A stretch of DNA of 64,000 nucleotides from Takakia lepidozioides (Eukaryota; Plantae; Bryophyta), in the NCBI GenBank assembly GCA_030704615.1, contig CM060733.1:35712001-35776000 (forward strand), in the 5' to 3' direction. The first letter of the stretch is position 1. The number at the start of each line of letters is the position of its first letter. The notes under the pieces were generated by a model. That model did not search any database, was not told the DNA's origin, and saw nothing but the letters and a program-made list of their open reading frames with translations. Shown here in pieces: positions 10,801 through 19,835 of this stretch. Both the position numbers and the translations under genes were made by a program.

Positions 10801-13800
10801 CAACGCACACTGTTTCAGCTGAACATTTCAATGTTTCTGGGTGCAAAATTTGGACTTCAGGGGCACCTATAATAGGATGAAATGAACCCTTCACTGTCAG
10901 CCCAAATAGTGTGCGGCAACGCACACTGTTTGAGCTGAACATTTCAATGTTTCAGGGTGCAAAATTTGGACTTCAGGGGCACCTATGTGAGGATGAAATG
11001 AACCCTTCACTGTCAGCCAAAACAGTGTGCGGCAACGCACACTGTTTGAGCTGAACATTTCAATGTTTTAGGGTGCAAAATTTGGTCTTGCTGTCTGTTA
11101 TCTGAGGTTGAAATGAACCCTTCACAACCAGCTCACACAGTGTGCGGCAACGCACACTGTTTGAGCAGATCTTTTCAATGTTTTAGGGTGCAAAATTTGG
11201 TCTTGCTGTCTTTTATCTGGGGGTGAAATGAACCCTTCACTGCCAGCTCAGACAGTGTGCGGCAACGCACACTGTTTGAGCTGAACATTTCAATGTTTCT
11301 GGGTGCAAAATTTGGACTTCAGGGTGACCTGTTTGAGGATGAAATGAACCCTTCACTGTCAGCCCAAATAGTGTGCGGCAACGCACACTGTTTGAGCTGA
11401 ATATTTCAATGTTTTAGGGTGCAAAATTTGGTCTTCAGGGTATGTTATCTGAGGTTGAAATGAACCCTTCACAACCAGCTCAAACAGTGTGTGGCAACGC
11501 ACACTGTTTGAGCAGATCTTTTCAATGTTTTAGGGTGCAAAATTTGGTCTTGCTGTCTGTTATTTGAGGGTGAAATGAACCCTTCACTGCCAGCTCAGAC
11601 AGTGTGCGGCAACGCACACTGTTTGAGCTTAACATTTCAATGTTTCAGGGTGCAAAATTTGGACTTCAGGGGCACCTATCTTAGGGTGAAATGAACCCTT
11701 CACTGCCAGCTCAGACAGTGTGCGGCAACGCACACTGTTTGAGCTGAACATTTCAATGTTTCAGGGTGCAAAATTTGGACTTCAGGGGCACCTATAATAA
11801 GATGAAATGAACCCTTCACTGTCAGCCAAAATAGTGTGCGGCAACGCACACTGTTTGAGCTGAACATTTCAATGTTTTAGGGTGCAAAATTTGGTCTTCA
11901 GTGTAACATTTCTGGGGATAAAATGAACCCTTCACTGTCAGCTCAAACAGTCTGCGGAACCGCACACTGTTTAGGCAGAACATATCAATATTGAAGGGCG
12001 CAACCTTCAGCCCTCATGGGCACATATCTGAGGATGAAATGAATCCTTTACTGCCAGCTCAAACAGTGTGCGGCAACGCACACTGTTTGAGCAGAACTTT
12101 TCAATGTTCTTTCCCTGTGAAAATCGGGAACATAGGGCAGGTCCGTGAGGATCAATGAACACTTACCTGGCAGCTCAAAGAACACTTACCTGTTTGATCC
12201 CACTTTTTCATGCATCAATCGACGTTTCATTCCTCTCTTATAAGAATTTGAGTGAACAACCTTGCAGGAGAAAATGCAAAGTGTGGCGGATGAGGTCCCT
12301 CTGGGTCAGGGGAAGGAGACCATAGTTGATGTTGACGATGAGTTTTATGAAAGCAAAGCCGCTGAGATGCTGGGGGGTCAAAAGGTGAACTCTCAGCTTG
12401 TGGTTCAAAGTATGCTTGCTCCTGGTGGGAGGTTGAAGATTCCCCTGTGTAGGTTGGTTTCCATGCCCGTCGTTCCTCCACCCCTTGTCAAAGACATTCT
12501 CAAGCTGGAGGCCGAGTTTGTTCATGGGTATTTGGATGGATCCGCAGTCTTTTACGTTTCTACTAGGGATTCTAGAGGTAACGAGCTCCTTGTGGATGAG
12601 TCAATCGTCGACTCCTGGGACCCCATTTGGAGACAGGTGAACGAATCCTTCGAACTTCTTCTCTCCAGGAAACCTTCCACCCAGGTATTCTCGGGGAAGA
12701 TGTTTCACGTTTGGGATGGCAACCACCGGTTGCTTGCATGGATGGCTGTCATTGGGAGGCTGCACTCACAGGAGGAAGAGTGGCATTACTCTGTTCGATC
12801 GATGGTGCTTGATTGTGACGACAACATGATGGGTCTTCTGACGGCAATGAATGATGTGAACAGGTTGGTTTCTCATTGTACATGTTGCACTTCTGGTTCC
12901 GTTCTTCCTTGATTCAAGTCCTTGAATTACATTCTGAAATTCAGATATCATTCTGCAGAGGGACGGAGACATCGCATGTCAAAACGAGTCTGGTTCACAC
13001 ACTGTATAGGATACAAAGGATCGGGCAGATGCCCTTGACCAACTTCAAGACCATCCTTTCGGCAGAGATGTATAAGAAATGCGAAAGCTCCAAGACTTCG
13101 GAAACATGGTACTCGTTGACCCGTGAGGCTTTCATGGAGTACATGTACACGGTGAGATACATCTTCCTTCATCTGGCCTTTCCATATTCCTGCTTCCACA
13201 TGTTTGTTTCTGTCTGTCTCCCTTGACCTTGGATTGATGCAACTCTCTTGCATTCCCTTGCAGCAAGACATTGCAGATGCAGGGGAGCGTGGCAAACTGG
13301 AATACTATAGCTCTACCCCTGAGGAGAGAAGGACAGCAAAGGGGGTTGAAAGTCACATCCAGAAGGAGATGAACGCTACAAGAAGGACAATAATGAGTGC
13401 TTTTGTGAAGCAGTTGAGAATGGCCGACCCATCATTCGGGCCGCAGTTTCTCCTGGAGATAAAAAACCATTATAACAAGCCAGGCAAGCCGGAGATGGCC
13501 CAGGAGAAGTTGCACAGGTTGTCTACCGCCGTCGTGTCTTCTGAACAGAAGGTGAAGTGGCTATAGATATGGAACTCCGATCCCACAGTTAGGGATACCC
13601 ACATGTTCCCAAGGCTAGAGAAAGAGAAGAAGACCCAGCGTGTCGTTCCTATCAGTGACAATGTGCTGGACACCTGGCTTCACAAGGCCACTTACTGGAG
13701 CCAGGTGTGATGTCCTCTCGTATCTCACTTTCTTTTCTCTTTTCCTGTCCTTCTCTTCCCATTGCCTCTTACATTCGCTGTGACTGTTTTTGGGTTCATT

Positions 13801-16385
13801 CTTCCATTTCAATTGTTTTGCAGTTGGAAGAAAGGGCCCGATCGGTTCTGCATACTCAGCTGGCTGACTATGGCATCACTATGACAGCTCCGAAGGTCTC
13901 CTTCGAAGCTTACATGAGGAAATGGAGAGCCACAGTGTGGCACTCTGGTTTCTTTAGAGAGTTCAGCAAGGAGGGTGGCATCAGTCGAACAAATGAGCTT
14001 GACCAGCAGGAAAAAGGAGAGGAAGCCTGGAAACGATGCCTTTACAGGTGCACACCCTTGCACTCTTTACTTGTGTTGTGGTTGCAATGTGTTGTGTGGC
14101 ATACTGTTTAAGGGGGTCTTCCTGGTGTGTTGAAAAAGCTGGGAACAATATGTGCACTGGAAAATGAGGCTGTGTCTGTTCCTGCAGGTACATTAGGTTT
14201 GTTCTCTTGGAAGAGAATTGCTTGGACAAACATCCAGATTTCGTGGACCTTTGGCTTGTCCCTGCTGGCAACCAGACCATGTTCACTGCTGGGATCTTGC
14301 ATGACTGGGGCCCAGACCATCTTTCTTCTTGTGGTTGGTATTTGGATTGCCCTCCTTCAGAGACCCCAGCTGTAGAGTTGTCTTTGAGGAGAGAGAATGA
14401 CCGTATTGCAGCCACTGCCGCAGCAGCGGACCTCGACATTCATGAGCGTAATCTGAGGACTCTTGCAGAGAAGGAGCCTCCCGCTCAGGATACCCCGGGT
14501 AGAGGAAGAAAGGCAAAGGGAAAAGATGTTGCTGGTGTTGTGGGGAAGGGAAGGGGTAGAGGGAAGGTGGCACAAGGGCAGGGAAGTGTTGCAGCTATTG
14601 GCCCTGTGGAGCATGTCCAGCAGACTCCACCGCATGGTAGGGGATCCGGGAGAAAAAACAAGGGGGTGGTTGATCCCAAGGACCCGTACCATGCAGTGGA
14701 ACATCCCACGAGGGTCATTCGTCCAACCAGGTTGGAGATTGCCAACGTCGGGTTCCTTGCCATGATGGAGTCGAAGAAATCTGATTACAAGGGCGAGCCA
14801 TCACCAATGTGGGAGAGGATTGTCGAGTTCCTCAGCACGGTGCGTGTTCTCTTTGGGTTCTGTGGCTTCTGCTCTCTTTGTCTGCTGTGGGCATGGATCG
14901 TTTATAAACTTGTCAGAATTCCATTGTATTTTTTTTTGCAGGCTAAAATGACCAAATCGTGGGTGAACGGGAAGGAGAAGCCATATGCAGCGGAACTCAT
15001 CATCTTGGACATCCCTGATGGGTTGGCAGTCCCGGATATCCCTCCATCGGGTGCTTGTCCGGGTTGGAATGCATTTGATGAGCGCTACTGGCGGTGGGTT
15101 TTTTCCTTTTGCAACTTCTTCCTTTCCGATGCAGGTGTTTTGGTTCTCATCCAGTCCATCGATGTTCGGTGTCGCCGTGCCCTTGCCAGCTATTTGAAAG
15201 CCTCGGGCATGAGAGTCGTGAAGACATGGAATTGTGTGAACAGCATGTACCTTACGAAGGGGGATCGTCTGGGAGAGATGGTGAGTTTCCCTTCTTCTTC
15301 CTCTTCTTTTTTGTTCTGGGATTGTGTTGTATAGGTCGCTCGAACTCATATGTAGGGGCCCGATTTTATTTTGGTTCTTAGTTCCTTGTGGATGTCATGT
15401 TCGCAAACTCGTCTGTTTGAAGCTGTTTGTCTCGTCCGGGTGCATCCACCAACGACTCCGGCCGGCATTACGGAGTTTGCCATCACTCACGGGGGCAAGT
15501 TCATAGATGACAGGACAGATCCTCCCACGGATGACATGCATCACAACTACGTCGACAGCAACTTGTGCTTGCGAAGGGGGAATGGGGTTCCTTGGAGAGG
15601 GGCGAGGGAGAGGAGCCCGGCTTTCATTCAAACGATTGTGGAGTGCTGCACCTACACAGACGCCAGATTCTGGATTTGTCGATGGGCACAGGTTCGTCTC
15701 TTCAACATTCACATTTCATGAGGTTTGATTGAGCTTGCACTTTCAGCACTTTCCACCGTTCCGAATGTGTCTTCAATGTCTGCTTACTTCATTCTATTCC
15801 ACTGCAGGTGCTTCGTACCACGCTTGCAAGGCCAGTGCGCGACATGTCTTTGGGATTGAAGGGGATGCTGAGATTTACAAGAACCTCCTGATGGGTTTGG
15901 GTGGACACACTTCTCAGGTCCTTCCGAAGCCCCGTCCCGCTGATACTGGTACAGAGGAGACTTCTGACAAGGAGCTGGACTCCGACTTTGCCTGTGAGTA
16001 AGTTCAACCTGTGCATGCTTGCATTGTTGTTTCAATATCGAGAATCGCTGTTCTTGAGGCAAAGTGCACATGGGAGACATCCTCTTCGTTGGACTTGTGC
16101 ATTGCATCATTGTGTTAAAAATGGGATTTTGTGGACATGTGTAGGAGTCCGCGTGCTTCCACTTGCCCTCCTGGGCTATCACACCTATTTGGACTTGTTT
16201 TCAGTCCTCCTCGATCTTGTGTGCTACCTGTCTATGCGGAGGCACTCGCAGCAAGCATGTCCGTTCATGGCACTCAGAGTCCACCTTGCGATGGCCTTCG
16301 TAGAACACGTGGTGTTGGGGCCAGAATCTTTGTAGATGACATAGCACAGGAGGTGGACACTGATTGTGATGACTGCGACACTTGA
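7847..16385 (+). pseudogene. 10-exon gene: acidic N-terminus, ParB/Srx-like domain, linker, beta-class amino (N4C/N6A) DNA methyltransferase-like domain; this copy is damaged
   Basis: Phase-consistent exons: 7847-8158, 12268-12863, 12959-13151, 13264-13704, 13824-14047, 14188-14839, 14942-15280, 15407-15691, 15808-15997, 16145-16385. ParB-like motifs RLKIPLCRL..DILKLEAEF..FHVWDGNHRLLAW. MTase motif IV-like ELIILDIPDG, motif VI-like FLSDAGVLVL, motif X-I-II ERSPAFIQTIVECCT..ILDLSMGTGASYHACKASARHVFGIEGD. Lesions: TAG at 13564-13566, acceptor reading CAA at 15404-15406, 1-bp frameshift at ~15663. Confidence 0.8.
8221..12110. repeat. Tandem array of 34 x 115-116 bp units, each with a long palindrome CAGCTCAAACAGTGTGCG-GCAA-CGCACACTGTTTGAGCTG; fills intron 1 of the ParB-MTase gene
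   Basis: Counted the GTGTGCGGCAACGCACAC core or close variants at 8250, 8365, 8481, 8597, 8713 ... 11834, 11950, 12066, spaced 114-116 bp apart. The outermost units are the most diverged. Confidence 0.97.
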
Positions 16386-16747
16386 TATGAAGTATTCTTT
16401 TGGTTTAATTCTGGGACAAATTTGAAATGGGATGGTTGTGTGTCCTTATTGTCCTCTTTGCAATGTGTGCGTGGAATTCACATTCATGGTTCCAAACTAT
16501 TGTTGGAGATGGGGGTTGCATGGACTGCCCGGATTGTTCCTTCAATATATTTGTTGTTTTGTGGACCTCACAGACTTGAGTACATTGCAAAAACAAACAA
16601 ACCACTTTGTTCTCAATTCTCAATTCTCCCCACATCAACCCGCGGAAATAGGTGACACCACTCGGAAATAGGTGACATCCGCGGAAATAGGCACTGTTTG
16701 CATGCTGACGTGGCGTGAGCCTGTGCTGAGCTCACGCTTTCCTGGGC

Positions 16748-17137
16748 TCACAGGCTCACGGAATAGCACCCCCCATATGCATCAACAGAAGAAGCTGGAA
16801 CAGAACTCACCACATTTTCAACTGCCATGGCATGCTTGAGCTCCGCATCAGGAAACGGTTTTGTTCCTTTCGGTCTGGCCATACATACGACCATTCCATC
16901 GACAATATGCCGATTCAATCTGCTCTTATCTACCTTTACTTCCCCACAATAAGGACATTTGAACTTAGGCCGGCCCTTTGCTCCCTCCACCTTGGCCTCT
17001 CTACACCTGGTGTGGCAGTACGCGATCATTGTAACATGCTCATGCTCAGTGTACCAGAAGCGAACTCGTTCGCCATCCCTCTTCAAGTGATCAAATGGAA
17101 TAGTAGCCTCTCCAGGGAACAGATAACAATCAGCCAT
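16748..17137 (-). CDS. Small putative zinc-finger cargo protein (~129 aa)
   Basis: MADCYLFPGEATIPFDHLK...KFKCPYCGEVKVDKSRLNRHIVDGMVVCMARPKGTKPFPDAELKHAM gives a CxxC-x12-H-x7-C pattern. A diverged paralog lies at ~17950-18090. Confidence 0.55.
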   Translation of the reverse strand: MADCYLFPGEATIPFDHLKRDGERVRFWYTEHEHVTMIAYCHTRCREAKVEGAKGRPKFKCPYCGEVKVDKSRLNRHIVDGMVVCMARPKGTKPFPDAELKHAMAVENVVSSVPASSVDAYGGCYSVSL

Positions 17138-17439
17138 GGCAAAAGAAAAAGCTGACAGAAGAGAAAAGAAGAGCAAGAGCATGACAAGACAATGACCAAG
17201 ACCAAGAGAATTCCGAAGAATGCACAGCAAGGAGCACGCACAGCAAGGAGTGCAGGAAGAATAGGAAAGGCTGCGAGAAGGGAAAAACTGAACAATGATC
17301 AAAGAACGAAGAACGAAGCTAGCTAGATGTCACCCGTAAGGCACGTCGGTTAAGCGAAAGACGGCGGATCATTAAAATCTGGTGGCTTGCAATCAATTAT
17401 ATCCGCACTGACTCACACGTGTATGAGTTGCAATCCCGG

Positions 17440-17885
17440 TGTCACCCAGAATAGCGGAGTGTAACCCGTAACCCTACACTTGTGAGCGCGACAAACCAGC
17501 CGTTACCCGCATGCCAGACACGTCGAGTGTAACCCTCCGTCAGGTACCCACATATGATGTAACCCTTCGTCACAACCTCATGTACCCCTAGTCTATGTGA
17601 CTCCCGAACACAACATTGATGTAACCCTGTCATATCAAACCATTAGTATGCAACCTCCAGGTAAACATGGTCAATGTAACGCCCCGCCCATGTAACCCTA
17701 GCCTATGTGGCTCCGCGAGTGCAACATCCACGTAACCCATCAAACATGTCAACCCCATCTAAACCTCCATTACTAAACTGTCTACCAAGCCACCATGTAT
17801 TAAGAAAGAAAACACCGTGTAACCCCCTGTGTGTAACCATAGCACACGTGACGCAGTCATATAAACCATCAGACATGTAACCGGT
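17440..17885. repeat. GTAACCC motif field (reverse orientation of GGGTTAC)
   Basis: About 15 (T)GTAACCC/GTCACCC variants. Confidence 0.75.
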
Positions 17886-17949
17886 TGACAGTGCTTGCAG
17901 AACACGCATGATTCGATACGTATTGCATCCATAATAGCGATGAGTAGGC

Positions 17950-18090
17950 TGCCCCGGCTGGTGTGTGGACAAAAGATACACGAGAGGAGAGTGAATGGGC
18001 ATCCCGTCAAATGAGCGGCTGCTTGCATGGCTAGACCGAAAGAAACAAAACCCTTTCCTAATGCCGATCTCAGGAATACCATAGCCATCG
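17950..18090 (+). pseudogene. Degenerate inverted paralog of the 16748-17137 zinc-finger gene
   Basis: CMARPKETKPFPNADLRNTIAI matches CMARPKGTKPFPDAELKHAMAV. Nucleotide similarity extends upstream over the zinc-finger region, which is broken by indels and stops. Confidence 0.7.
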
Positions 18091-18389
18091 GGGACGGTGA
18101 CAAAACAACAAGAATGACATTGAGAAAGAAAAAGAATAGAGACAACCGTATCAATTGTAGAGAAAACCGTAGTAATAGATTTGACGGATCGCTGCGTGGA
18201 AAGCGTTGTCTTGTATGTTGCTGGGAGGACGATACTGAACTGAATGAACTACAAATCTTTCACATTGATGTGTGAAGCCGATTGGGCGCCATGGGAATTG
18301 CAGAAAGCTGATGCCCCAAAGCAAAAAAACGAGCGAGCTAGGAATCTGGAAAATGGATGGGGAGAGCAAATTAGGGTTTTGGCCTCTAC

Positions 18390-19835
18390 ATGGGTCACAG
18401 ATGGTTACATGGAGTGAGGTTACATAGGGGTGAGGGTGACACTCTGCGGTGCTACAGACGGTTACATGGGTTACAGAGGGTTACATGGTGGTGAGGGTTA
18501 CACTTGGTGAGGCTTACAGAGGGTCACAGAGGGTTACATGGAGTGAGGGTCATATAGGGATGAGGGTGACACTCTACGGTGTTACAGAGGGTTACATGGT
18601 GGTGAGGGTTATAGAGGGTCACAAAGGGTTACATGTACATATGGGTGAGGGTGACACTCTACGGTGTTACAGAGGGTTACATGGTGGTGAGGGTTATAGA
18701 GGGTCACAAAGGGTTACATGTACATAGGGGTGAGGGTGACACTCTACGGTGTTATAGAGGGTTACATGGTGGTGAGGGTTACAAAGGGTCACAGAGGGTT
18801 ACATGGGTTACAGAGGGTCACAAAGGGTTACATGGGTTACAAAGGGTTACAGAGGGTTACGTGGAGTGAGGGTTACATAAGGGGTGAGGGTGACACTCTG
18901 CGGTGTTACAGAGGGTTACATGGCTTACAGAGGGTTACAGAGGGCTACAGAGGGTCACAGAGGGTTACATGGGGATGAGGGTGACACTCTGCGGTGTCAC
19001 AGAGGGTTACAGAGGGTTACATGGTGGCGAGGGTGACACTCTGCGGTGTTACAGAGGGTTACGTGGGTTACAACGGGTTACATGGTGATAAGGGTTACAC
19101 CTGGTGAGGATTATAGAGGGTCACGGAGGGTTACATGGGTTACAGAGGGTTACATGGTGGTGAGGGTTACATAGGGTCAGAGAGGGTTACATGGAGTGAG
19201 GGTTACATATGGGTGAGGGTGACACTCTGCGGTGTTACAGAGGGTTACATGGTGGTGAGGGTTACAAAGGGTCACAGAGGGTTACATGGGTTACAGAGGG
19301 TCACATAAGATTACATGGATTACAAAGGGTTACAGAGGGTTACATGGAGTGAGGGTTACACTTTGCGGTGTTACAGAGGGTTACATGGGTTGCAAAGTGT
19401 TACATAGGGTTACATGTAGTGAGGGTTACATAGGGGTGGGGGTGACACTCTGCGGTGTTACAGAGGGTTACATGGGTTACATAGGGTTACATGGTGGTGA
19501 GGGTGACACTCTGCGGTGTTCCAGAGGGTTACATGGAGTGAGGCTTATATAGGGATGAGGGTGACACTCCGTGGTGTTACAGAGGGTTACATGGGTTGCA
19601 AAGTGTTAGAGAGGGTTACATGGAGTGAGGGTTACATAGGGGTCGAAGCGACACTCTGCGATGTTACAGAGGGTAACATGGTGGTGAGGGTTACAGAGGG
19701 TCATGGGGTTACATGGGTTACAGAGGGTTACATGGTGGTGTGGGTTACACTCGGCGGAGTTACAGAGGGTTACATGGGGGTGAGGGTTGAACCCGGGGCG
19801 GGGGTTATAGGGGCTGACGTGTAGGGGGTTACATG
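18390..19835. repeat. 1.45 kb subterminal minisatellite built from GGGTTACA / GAGGGTTACATGG / GAGGGTGACACTCTGCGGTGTTACA modules
   Basis: Dense GGGTTAC/GGGTCAC/GGGTGAC motifs, with local near-perfect duplications (e.g. an 84 bp period around 18560-18780). Confidence 0.95.

Noticed and set aside
8221-12110. CRISPR array (palindromic repeat plus variable segment)
   Set aside because: The variable parts are a few recurring, related types rather than unique spacers. The constant part is ~90 bp, there are no cas genes, and the context is a eukaryotic intron.
8221-12110. 5S rRNA or tRNA tandem array (similar unit length)
   Set aside because: No recognisable 5S sequence, A/B/C boxes or cloverleaf, and no spacer between units.
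13564-13566. Stop codon repaired by U-to-C RNA editing or readthrough
   Set aside because: Such editing is organellar. The same gene also has a frameshift and a broken acceptor, so ordinary decay is the simpler explanation.
7847-16385. Bacterial or phage contamination explaining ParB-MTase
   Set aside because: The gene has nine phase-consistent spliceosomal introns and is contiguous with plant nuclear genes.
18390-19835. Telomeric repeat, or the protein-coding ORFs listed in the track (VTEGY repeats)
   Set aside because: Not TTTAGGG/TTAGGG and heterogeneous in unit structure. The ORFs are by-products of a stop-poor minisatellite.
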